A DNA stretch of 45,097 nucleotides, from NCBI GenBank assembly GCA_900553545.1, contig USDP01000001.1:1-45097 (forward strand), written 5' to 3'. This document shows positions 8,728 through 16,941 of the stretch, in pieces (the stretch's first letter is position 1; the number at the start of each line of letters is the position of its first letter). This DNA is from an uncultured Eubacteriales bacterium. GTDB taxonomy: Bacteria > Bacillota > Clostridia > Oscillospirales > Oscillospiraceae. The notes under the pieces were generated by a model. It had not been told where the DNA came from. It saw only the letters and a list, made by a program, of their open reading frames with translations, and did not search any database. Both the position numbers and the translations under genes were made by a program.

Positions 8728-8882
8728 CCTATTTCTCTTGTGTTTTCAATGCTTTCACGCCTCGCTTGACACAAAGCATCTTGGACGTGTAAATGGAAAA
8801 AGCACAAAACCAGACAGAAAACCGTGAAAAGTATGGAAAGTGAACTATACAGTACGGCTTATTATTTCTCATTTTGCTTTGA

Positions 8883-10007
8883 CTATGCGTAGTATTCCTG
8901 CTCTTTCTTCGTAGGTGTCTTGTATCCGTTCTTCGCGTGTGGACGGGTCTCATTATAAAATTTGATATATTCTGCGATCGCCGCTCTGAGTTCCTGCTCA
9001 GAGCGGTATTTTGTTCGGTAAAGCTCTTCCCGTTTCATTGAAGCAAAGAACGACTCCATGACAGAATTATCATATAGGATGTGCGCACGGGAAAACGACT
9101 GTGTCACACCAAGCGATTGCAGATAGGCGCAAAAGGCGTTTGAACGGTAGTTGCTGCCGCGGTCCGTGTGAAACAACAAAGGAAGCTGCGGTTGCCGCTG
9201 TTCATACGCAATCTTAAACGTGCTTTTTACAAGCCGCGTGCTGTTTTTCAGACCGATCCGGAAACCAACCACCATGCGTGCATACAAGTCGATAATTACG
9301 CATATGTAAAGATCTTTTTCCTTGTAGCGGAAGTAAGTCACATCGCTGACCCAGATTTCATTCGGGCGCGTTGCGGTAAACTGCTGGTTGAGATAATTCT
9401 AGCACCGTTTGGTCTCCTTATCATACTGTTTCTTCGCGCCCTGACGGATACTGCACAGCCCCATATCCTGCATTAGTTCACGCACCATTTGTTCGCTGAC
9501 GCGGCAGCCTCGTTCTTTCAGGATGGCGGCAATTTTGCCAGCACCGTAGATCTGGCGGCCGTCTTCGTAAATCGTTTGGATTTTTTGACGCAGTTCCTCT
9601 CGGCGTTTATCGTACCAAGCACAGCCACGTTTGCTGCGCAGCAAATAATTATAAAAAGTGCCCCGCGGCACGCAAAGCGCATCACAGAGCATATGAACGC
9701 TGTATTGGTCATGCAGATCATCGAGCGCATACAGCCGGTCTTCCAGCGGTGCGGTCGCAGTACAGGACGCTTTTTGCAGAATATCAATGATGCCTTTCAA
9801 CCGGTTCACCTTGTTTTCCAAGCTGCGATATTCACGCAGTGTGAAACTTGTTCCCTTCTCAGAATTTTCGGCTCGTTCATCGGCAAGCCACGCATAAATC
9901 GTGCTGCGCGGGATTCCTGTTTCCGTGACGAGCAGAGAAACGCTGTTGCCACTTTTGTAGGCGGTGATGATATTTTGTTTTTCTTCTAAAGTGTGTTTGC
10001 TGTTCAT
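8883..10007 (-). pseudogene. IS3-family single-ORF transposase interrupted by an in-frame TAG (9399-9401)
   Basis: ORFs 9399-10007 and 8883-9341 share one frame: ...KETKRC*NYLNQQFTATRPNEIWVSDVTY...HTDRG...DNSVMESFF; collinear with 2646-3785. Confidence 0.88.
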
Positions 10008-10102
10008 ACGATCAGATCCTTTCGGAGGATAAGTATAGCAGATGGTGATATCATTCTGAACGTTTTATTTGCAGGCAAAATCAATAAAAAGAAAACGAAA
10101 TA

Positions 10103-10111
10103 TGTTATAAT
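10103..10111 (+). promoter_or_regulatory. Extended -10 promoter for the island-2 cargo
   Basis: TGTTATAAT upstream of GGAGG RBS; a divergent TGCTATACT at 10032-10040 (minus) precedes the transposase. Confidence 0.55.
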
Positions 10112-10144
10112 ATCAACATATAAAGCTGCACTGGAGGGAAACAT

Positions 10145-11275
10145 ATGACAAATCGAGAAGAATTCCGCGATTTGCTTTACGGTACATTTTATGAATCGAT
10201 TACAGATCCCGCAAGCATCAGACAGCAGCACGAAAAAATTCGCACATGGGTTCAAAATAATATTCCCACAAAATTGTATCGGTACAGAACAGTAAACGAC
10301 CACACACTCGATGCGCTCCGAAAGGACGAAATATGGGGCAGCTCCGTTTGTACGTTTAATGATCCGTTTGAGTGTATGCCCCATTATGATCCGGAACGCG
10401 CGAAGGAGCTGTTAAAAAGGGAAATGGATATAGGGCAGATCGCAGAAAAATACCGCGCATATAAAAACGGAGGTAGCGTGCCAGCTCTTCAAAGCATATT
10501 CTCAGAAGAACAGCTTCAATGGCTTTTTTCAGTTCTCCCGGAAGACATTCAACCAGAGGCGCTCGAGAACCCTTTTTCGCTATTCCGTGAAAATGCACTG
10601 CGTTTATTAGAATGTTGTCAGGATGAATTTGAAAAGGTGTTCTATCGGACGTTGATTGATGAGCAGAAGCGGAGAAGCATTGCCTGCTTTACAGAGTCAA
10701 ATGACAATTCGGCAATGTGGGGACATTACGCGGACAGCCATCGGGGCTTTTGCATAGAGTATGATTTTCAAAAAATTTTAACAGCCTGTTCTGAAAAGTG
10801 TGCGGACGTTCAGCACTGTACCAGTCTGATGATGTCCCCTGTAATTGCGCCCATGATATATACGGATGTACGGTATGATGCATCCCAGATCATCCTGCCG
10901 CTGCTGCTTTCTCGTATGGCGGATTTGGCGCATACTGCAATCAAACCATTTTATGAAGACCTTTTGGTAATTGTAAAGAGTCTGCTTACAAAATCGTCGG
11001 TTTGGAGCTACGAAAACGAGTGGCGAATGATTTCTATGTTACCGGATAATACGCTTTTCTGCCGAATCTATAGCCTGAAACCGACAGCTGTTTATATAGG
11101 GGTGCGAACAGACGAGGAGGCAGCGAATACACTTTATCAAATATGCTGTGAAAAAGATATCCCGTGCTATAAGATGGTACCCGCATACCTGAGCGGCAGC
11201 TTTTCCATAAGACCAGTTGAATATGAAATGCATGTTGAGGTAACGGATCGACTAAAGCAAAAGAATATGCTATAA
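10145..11275 (+). CDS. DUF2971 domain protein
   Basis: KLYRYR, FNDPFEC, IACFTE..DNSAMWGHYADSHRGFCIEY, KSSVWSYENEWR, AVYIG. Confidence 0.88.
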   Translation: MTNREEFRDLLYGTFYESITDPASIRQQHEKIRTWVQNNIPTKLYRYRTVNDHTLDALRKDEIWGSSVCTFNDPFECMPHYDPERAKELLKREMDIGQIAEKYRAYKNGGSVPALQSIFSEEQLQWLFSVLPEDIQPEALENPFSLFRENALRLLECCQDEFEKVFYRTLIDEQKRRSIACFTESNDNSAMWGHYADSHRGFCIEYDFQKILTACSEKCADVQHCTSLMMSPVIAPMIYTDVRYDASQIILPLLLSRMADLAHTAIKPFYEDLLVIVKSLLTKSSVWSYENEWRMISMLPDNTLFCRIYSLKPTAVYIGVRTDEEAANTLYQICCEKDIPCYKMVPAYLSGSFSIRPVEYEMHVEVTDRLKQKNML

Positions 11276-11303
11276 TATAGAAAAAAGGAACGGAGATGAG
11301 GAT

Positions 11304-11961
11304 ATGGCACGGGATGATCGAATCCAGCTTTTTGAGAACAAGCGCATCCGCACGGCATGGGATGCAGAAAAAGAAGAATGGTTCTTTTCTATCGTCGATG
11401 TGGTGGCTGTACTGACTGATCAGCCGGATCAGCGCCACGCGGCGAAATATTGGAGCGTGCTGAAGACCCGACTGAAAAAAGAAGGTAGTGAGTTGACTAC
11501 AAAATGTAGTCAACTGAAAATGCGTTCGGCAGACGGGAAACGCTACAACACCGATGTGGCGGATACAGAGCAGCTTCTGCGCATCATCCAGTCCATTCCC
11601 TCGCCCAAATCCGAGCCGTTCAAGCTCTGGCTGGCGCAGGTCGGCCGGGAGCGAATCGAAGAAACGATCGACCCGGAGCTGACAATCGACCGTGCGGACG
11701 ACGCTGGAATTGGTTCTCAATATGCTGGCCGAGGCCACGACAACAGAGATTTCCAAGCAGAAAGCGCCGGAAGGTTTGCGGGAAAACGTCGAGGTTGCAC
11801 GCTCCGGCGGCAAGGTCGCAGGCGACGCCCGGAAGGCTATCGAGCGGCAGACCGGCGTGCCGGTCATTGCATCAAAAAGCGCCGCGCAGCTCAATCAAGT
11901 TGTGACAAATCTGATTGAAGCGACCAGTGAGATTCCGGACAAAAACAAACCGAAAGAGTAA
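11304..11961 (+). pseudogene. BRO-N (antirepressor-like) protein gene with an internal deletion and frameshift near 11695
   Basis: N-part IQLFENKRIRTAWD..EEWFFSIVDVV...SIPSPKSEPFKLWLAQVGRERIEETIDPELTIDRA; C-part TTLELVLNMLAEATTTEISK lies in another frame. Confidence 0.85.
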
Positions 11962-12017
11962 ATTACAGAAATCAAACGCTGTGATGTGTTCATCTATAGT
12001 GTAGTGAAAACACAAAG

Positions 12018-12047
12018 AAAAACACCATCCTTTGGATGGTGTTTTTT
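12018..12047. terminator. Hairpin at the distal end of island 2
   Basis: AAAAACACCATCC-TTT-GGATGGTGTTTTT. Confidence 0.7.
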
Positions 12048-12183
12048 GCTGATATAGGAGTCCCGCAACGAACCCGTGGTTCGGCCACCGCTTCACTGGG
12101 GTGTGATTTTGTTTTTACGAATTGGGAATGCGATCCATCGTGCTTGAGCGCCATATGAAATGCCATCCATAAGGATGGCATTT

Positions 12184-12256
12184 CAGCGTGTCGAAAAAGT
12201 CTTTTCGCCCCGCTGCTCTATTGCAGGACTGCGTTTTATCGTTTTTTGACAGCCTC
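12184..12256. mobile_element. 73-bp MITE with IS1182-like ends, flanked by a 26-bp duplicated hairpin
   Basis: Ends CAGCGTGTCGAAAAA / TTTTTTGACAGCCTC; direct repeats AAATGCCATCCATAAGGATGGCATTT at 12158-12183 and 12257-12282. Confidence 0.8.
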
Positions 12257-12441
12257 AAATGCCATCCATAAGGATGGCATTTCTTCTTTGAAATATGGAC
12301 CCCGCGGCGGCCTGCGCCGCTTTGCGCGCCCCACCCATCGGACGTCCCATATAGATCTGGCGGACTGCACAAAATCGTGCATTCGCCTTTGTGCATTTCG
12401 TGGAAGAATTATTTTTTGTGAATTTTGAACAGAAAAACGGA

Positions 12442-12470
12442 TTGACACATCGGCTGCTGTGTGCTAAGCT
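12442..12470 (+). promoter_or_regulatory. Sigma-A promoter of the carbohydrate locus
   Basis: TTGACA-N17-TAAGCT with extended TG, followed by an AT-rich imperfect palindrome (~12480-12505). Confidence 0.6.
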
Positions 12471-12521
12471 GTCAATAGCTTCATTAAGTTAATTATTAAA
12501 TTGAAATAAGGATAAGAGCTT

Positions 12522-13490
12522 ATGTATGATATTTGTGCACTGGGCGAGATCCTGATTGACGCGATCGCGAGTGCAGACACATCCATCCAGATCACGGGCA
12601 ACGCGGGCGGCGCTCCTGCGAATGTGCTGACGTGCGCATCCCGCATGGGGCTGAAGACGGCGTTTCTCGCCAAGGCCGGTGACGATTTCATCGGCGGCTG
12701 GCTCAAGCGCGTGCTGGATGGCGTCGGCATCGACACGGCGGGCCTGATCCTGGATTCCACCAAAAACACCACCATTGCCATGGTCTCGCTGGACGGCTCT
12801 GGCAACCGCAGCTTCTCCTTCTATCGCACCGGCTGCGCCGATGTGAGCCTCACGAAGGAAGACCTCCGGCTCGACCGGATCGAACAGTCCCGCGTGTTTC
12901 ATTTCGGCTCCGTCTCCATGACGGACGAACCCGCCCGCTCCGCGACGCTCTTTGCCGCGCGCTACGCGCGGGAGCACGGCCTCACCGTCTCCTACGACCC
13001 GAACCTCCGCCGCAACCTCTGGAGCGACGAGCAGACGGCCCGGCAGTATATCCGCGAGGGCCTGAACCTCTGCGACGTGGCGAAGCTCTCCGACGAGGAA
13101 TGTACCTTCCTCTGCGGCGACGGCGAGATCGACGCGCTCGGCCACCGGCTTCTTGCGGAGCATCCCAATCTGAATCTCCTCTTTGTGACCTGCGGCGCCG
13201 GCGGGAGCTATGCCTTCTGCGGCAGCCGGATGGCCTTTGTGCCGGGCTTCTCCGTCAAGATCGCCGATACCACCGGCGCCGGAGACGCATTCGTGGGCGC
13301 AGTGCTGTATCAGATCCTGCGCCGCGGCGGCCTGCGCGAGGCGTATTCCCCGGCAGAGCTGGAGCAGCTGCTCACGTTCGGAAACGCGGTCGGCGCGCTC
13401 TCCGTCCAGCGCTACGGCGCCATCCCCGCCATCCCCACGCTCGCCGAGACCGAATCGTTCCTGCACGCGCAGGGCCTGCTCGGGGCCTGA
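12522..13490 (+). CDS. PfkB-family carbohydrate kinase (fructokinase-like)
   Basis: GGAPANV, SYDPNLR, KLSDEE, DTTGAGDAF. Confidence 0.92.
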   Translation: MYDICALGEILIDAIASADTSIQITGNAGGAPANVLTCASRMGLKTAFLAKAGDDFIGGWLKRVLDGVGIDTAGLILDSTKNTTIAMVSLDGSGNRSFSFYRTGCADVSLTKEDLRLDRIEQSRVFHFGSVSMTDEPARSATLFAARYAREHGLTVSYDPNLRRNLWSDEQTARQYIREGLNLCDVAKLSDEECTFLCGDGEIDALGHRLLAEHPNLNLLFVTCGAGGSYAFCGSRMAFVPGFSVKIADTTGAGDAFVGAVLYQILRRGGLREAYSPAELEQLLTFGNAVGALSVQRYGAIPAIPTLAETESFLHAQGLLGA

Positions 13491-13543
13491 ACTTGTTTTT
13501 GATATCATTGTGATATTAAATAAATCAGAATTGGAGGATCATT

Positions 13544-14911
13544 ATGAAAAAGGTTATCGCATTGCTCCTTGCCGTCCTGATGCTGGCCTCGCTTGCTGCC
13601 TGTAGCAGCACTCCGGCCAACGCGGACGCCGCCACCCCCGCGGAGACGGGCACGACCCCTTCCGCCGACACCACCGATACCGCTGATACCACCGAAACCA
13701 AGGACGAGACGCCCGCCGCAGCCGGCGACGTCACCATCCGCATGTGGACGTTCCTGGACCCCACCAACACCAGCAACGGCCGTTCCATCGCCCTTCAGAA
13801 GATGATCGACCGCTTTGAAGAAGAGAACCCCGGCGTCAAGGTCGTGGTCGAGCCGCAGCAGTGGGACACCATGACCGGTAAGTTCATGGCCGCCGCCACG
13901 ACCGGCGAAGCGCCCGACATCATGTGGTGCGCCCGCGACGAGCTGTTCGGCGTTCTGAACGCCGGCCTGCTGGAGCCGCTGGAGAACCTCTTCATGGGCG
14001 ACTGGACGCAGGAGCAGATCGACGACGTCGACGACGGCTTCTTCCGCTTCGGCGAGCGCGATGGCAAGCACTATACCCTCTGCCTCAACAAGAACTGCAC
14101 CGGCTTCTTCTATCGTGAAGACCTCCTGGAGGCCGCCGGTCTGGAAGTCCCCACCACCTTCGACGAGCTGTATGACGCCGCGCAGAAGCTGACGCAGGAG
14201 ATCGACGGCCAGCAGGTCTACGGCCTCGGCATGAGCTTCTCCACCGAAACGAACGACGCCCAGGCGATCGTCAACTGGCTGCTTCAGGAGCAGGGCACCC
14301 TCTTTAACGAGGACGGCACTGCCAAGTGGGCCAATGAAAACGGCGTTGCTGCTCTGGAATGGATCAAGAAGTGCATCGACACCGGCGTTACCCCGGCGGA
14401 TGCCGTCAACAAGACCATCGAGGACATCTACACCGAGTTCGCCTCCGGCAAATATGCCATGACCATTGCCTCCGCCGTCCGCCTCGGCACGTCCCGTGCC
14501 AATGCGTCCTTCGACGGTTCCACCATCCAGTTTGCCCCGCTGCCCGGCGGCACGATCATTGACGGCTGGTTCGCCGGTGTTTACAGCGGCTCTGCCAACA
14601 AAGAGCTTGCCGGCAAGTTCCTCGAGCTGATGTACGACAATGAGTCCGACCTGCTCTGGATCAACGACGGCGCGCAGGCTCCGAACCGCAAGTCCACCGT
14701 TGCCCAGATCACCATCGACGACAGCAATAAGTACCTCAACAGCATGCTCGACGCGTTCGCTGCTGGCTGGCTGCCCGCCAACAACCAGGCGTTCGTCGGC
14801 TGGAAGCTCGACCTCAACCGCCCGATCCAGGCCATCCTGACCGGTGAAACCGACTACATGAAGGCCCTGAGCGACGCAGAGACGATCTTCAACACCAATA
14901 ACAACCGCTGA
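13544..14911 (+). CDS. Carbohydrate ABC transporter substrate-binding lipoprotein
   Basis: Lipobox LAAC, Thr/Asp/Ala linker, FEEENPGVKV, APDI, YREDLLEAAG..PTTFDEL. Confidence 0.92.
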   Translation: MKKVIALLLAVLMLASLAACSSTPANADAATPAETGTTPSADTTDTADTTETKDETPAAAGDVTIRMWTFLDPTNTSNGRSIALQKMIDRFEEENPGVKVVVEPQQWDTMTGKFMAAATTGEAPDIMWCARDELFGVLNAGLLEPLENLFMGDWTQEQIDDVDDGFFRFGERDGKHYTLCLNKNCTGFFYREDLLEAAGLEVPTTFDELYDAAQKLTQEIDGQQVYGLGMSFSTETNDAQAIVNWLLQEQGTLFNEDGTAKWANENGVAALEWIKKCIDTGVTPADAVNKTIEDIYTEFASGKYAMTIASAVRLGTSRANASFDGSTIQFAPLPGGTIIDGWFAGVYSGSANKELAGKFLELMYDNESDLLWINDGAQAPNRKSTVAQITIDDSNKYLNSMLDAFAAGWLPANNQAFVGWKLDLNRPIQAILTGETDYMKALSDAETIFNTNNNR

Positions 14912-14930
14912 GCACATTCCTGACGTTACT

Positions 14931-14967
14931 CCTTCTGGGGGCCGCCCAACCGGCGGCCCCCAGAAGG
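14931..14967 (+). promoter_or_regulatory. GC-rich intercistronic stem-loop after the SBP gene
   Basis: CCTTCTGGGGGCCGCC-CAACC-GGCGGCCCCCAGAAGG with no U tract; likely stabilises the mRNA. Confidence 0.6.
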
Positions 14968-15127
14968 GGAGCTCCAGCGGAGGGGAATGTGCTTTTCGAT
15001 AAAAACCCATTCCCTTCGGCTGGATCGAACCGCCCGAATATTGGCAGCCGCCGCCGTTTCCCGCTGCGCGGGATCACCGGCGGATCAACACTTTCCTGAA
15101 AAGGATGACATCTGGAGGACAAGACTT

Positions 15128-16000
15128 GTGAAACGCAAAGAAAAACGGATACAGCTCCGATCGATGGGATATGTTGCGCCGGCCATGCTGCTGCTCATTT
15201 TCCTGCTGGTCATTCCTCTTTTTTATACCCTCTACTGCAGCCTCTATAATCTGGACTATCTCGTCAAGGGCGACTTTGTCGGTCTCGGTAATTATGTCCG
15301 CCTGCTCAAGGATATCCGCATCAGCAAGTCGCTCCTGTTCACCTTTGAGATCACCATCATCTCCACGCTCCTCTCCGTCGGCATCGGCCTTCTGCTGGCC
15401 CTCTGGGTGGACCGCGAGCACGGCATCTTTGCCTATCTCATCGAGATGTTCGGCCTGATCCCGTGGGTCATCTCCATGATGGTCGCGGCGCTGCTCTGGC
15501 GCTGGCTCTTCAATGGCGACCTGGGCCTGTTCAATATGATCCTCAAGATCCTCGGCCATAACCCCATCTATGTCGTGGAGAATAAGAATTCGGCGATCAT
15601 CGCCCTGATCTTCGTGCTCACGTGGCGTCTGGTCGGCTATGCGATGATCATGATTCTGGCCGGACTCAAGAGCCTGGACCCCACGCTGATCGAGGCCGCG
15701 AAGGTCGACGGCGCCTCGCCCTGGCAGATGCTCTGGCACATCAAGCTGCCCCTCATCAAGACGCAGCTCCTCCTGTCCATCATCGTCCTCACCGTCTCCA
15801 ACTTCACGAATAATACCGTGCCGAAGGTTCTGACCAGCGGCGGCCCGAACGACGCCACCAACGTCATCACCCTCTTCCAGTATAACCTCGGCTTCCGCTA
15901 TTACCAGTTCGGCACGTCGGCGGCCCTGTCCATCCTCATCATGCTGATCACCTCGCTGATCATCGTGCTGTACATCAAAGTGAGCAATTATAAAATCTGA
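15128..16000 (+). CDS. Carbohydrate ABC permease (MalF-like)
   Basis: FVGLGNY, EAAKVDGAS; GTG start behind GGAGG. Confidence 0.92.
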   Translation: MKRKEKRIQLRSMGYVAPAMLLLIFLLVIPLFYTLYCSLYNLDYLVKGDFVGLGNYVRLLKDIRISKSLLFTFEITIISTLLSVGIGLLLALWVDREHGIFAYLIEMFGLIPWVISMMVAALLWRWLFNGDLGLFNMILKILGHNPIYVVENKNSAIIALIFVLTWRLVGYAMIMILAGLKSLDPTLIEAAKVDGASPWQMLWHIKLPLIKTQLLLSIIVLTVSNFTNNTVPKVLTSGGPNDATNVITLFQYNLGFRYYQFGTSAALSILIMLITSLIIVLYIKVSNYKI

Positions 16001-16022
16001 CCGGAAGGGAGCGAACACAGCC

Positions 16023-16865
16023 ATGAATAAAACCGCAAAAACCGCAGCCCGGAAGACGGTCAACGTGCTCATGCTCGTGATACTCGCCTTCCTGACGACG
16101 CTTCCCATCTTCTGGTGCATCATCACCTCCCTGAAGACTCCGCAGGACATTTCGGCTTATCCGCCCAAGATCTTTAACTTCACCGTCACGTGGAACAACT
16201 ATAAGCAGGTCTTCGCCCAGAGCTTCCTGCAAACCGCCGGAAACAGCGTTGTCTATTCGCTGCTCACCATTCTGGCCTGCCTCATCCTGGGCTATCTCGC
16301 GGCCTACGGCTTCGAACGCCGCCGTTTCCCGCTGAAAAAGCTGCTGTTCTACATCGTGGTCATCGGCATCCCCCTCTCCACGGGCAGCTCCGTCCTGCTG
16401 ATCCCCAATTACCTCATGATGATGAAGCTCCACCTGACCAACCACTGGTACACGCTTCCGCTGCTCTACACGGCCTACAATCTCCCACTCGTCATCTGGA
16501 TGCTGATCTCCGGCGTCCGCGGCCTGCCCTATGAGATCGAAGAGGCCGCCCGGATCGACGGATGCAGCCAGTTTTACATCATCACCCGCATCATCCCGCC
16601 GGTCATCCGTCCGTCGTTTGCTGCGGCTGCGCTGTTCGCCTTCATCGGCGCGTGGAACGAGTTCATCACGGCCACCGTCATGGTCAACGGCTATGCCCTG
16701 AAAAACATTCAGATGGCGATCTACGATTACATCGGCTTCTTCGGGCAGGAGTGGGGTCCGCTCTGCGGCGCGGCAACGCTTGCCATCATCCCGATCCTCC
16801 TCGTGTTCACCTTCCTTGGCAAACAGCTCGTCAGCGGCCTGACCGCGGGAGCAGTCAAGGGCTAA
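16023..16865 (+). CDS. Carbohydrate ABC permease (MalG-like)
   Basis: TSLKT, EEAARIDGCS, AWNEF, GLTAGAVKG. Confidence 0.93.
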   Translation: MNKTAKTAARKTVNVLMLVILAFLTTLPIFWCIITSLKTPQDISAYPPKIFNFTVTWNNYKQVFAQSFLQTAGNSVVYSLLTILACLILGYLAAYGFERRRFPLKKLLFYIVVIGIPLSTGSSVLLIPNYLMMMKLHLTNHWYTLPLLYTAYNLPLVIWMLISGVRGLPYEIEEAARIDGCSQFYIITRIIPPVIRPSFAAAALFAFIGAWNEFITATVMVNGYALKNIQMAIYDYIGFFGQEWGPLCGAATLAIIPILLVFTFLGKQLVSGLTAGAVKG

Positions 16866-16941
16866 ACAGAAAATCTGCGACCAGCGGCTGCGCAAACAGT
16901 CGCTGTTCGTCCACATTTCGTTTTCTCTGTGAGGTATATTT

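Noticed and set aside
8883..10007. Canonical IS3 orfA/orfB with a -1 programmed frameshift
   Set aside because: Both ORFs are in the same frame, separated by a TAG
11696..11918. C-terminal tail of the 204-aa ORF 11304-11918
   Set aside because: Out-of-frame read-through after the deletion; the true C-terminus lies in the 11692-11961 frame
12056..12153. Degenerate tRNA fragment / att site (rc CACGGGTTCG; GAGCGCCA)
   Set aside because: Matches are too short and no cloverleaf forms; cannot be supported
12158..12282. Mini-CRISPR (two palindromic 26-bp repeats)
   Set aside because: Only two repeats; the 73-bp spacer has TIRs and recurs at 32385; no cas genes
13610..13725. Thr/Asp/Ala repeats in the SBP (also in pstS)
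   Set aside because: Ordinary flexible lipoprotein linkers
13544..16865. ABC importer lacking an ATPase gene
   Set aside because: Normal for Firmicutes CUT1 systems, which share an MsmX/MsmK-type ATPase
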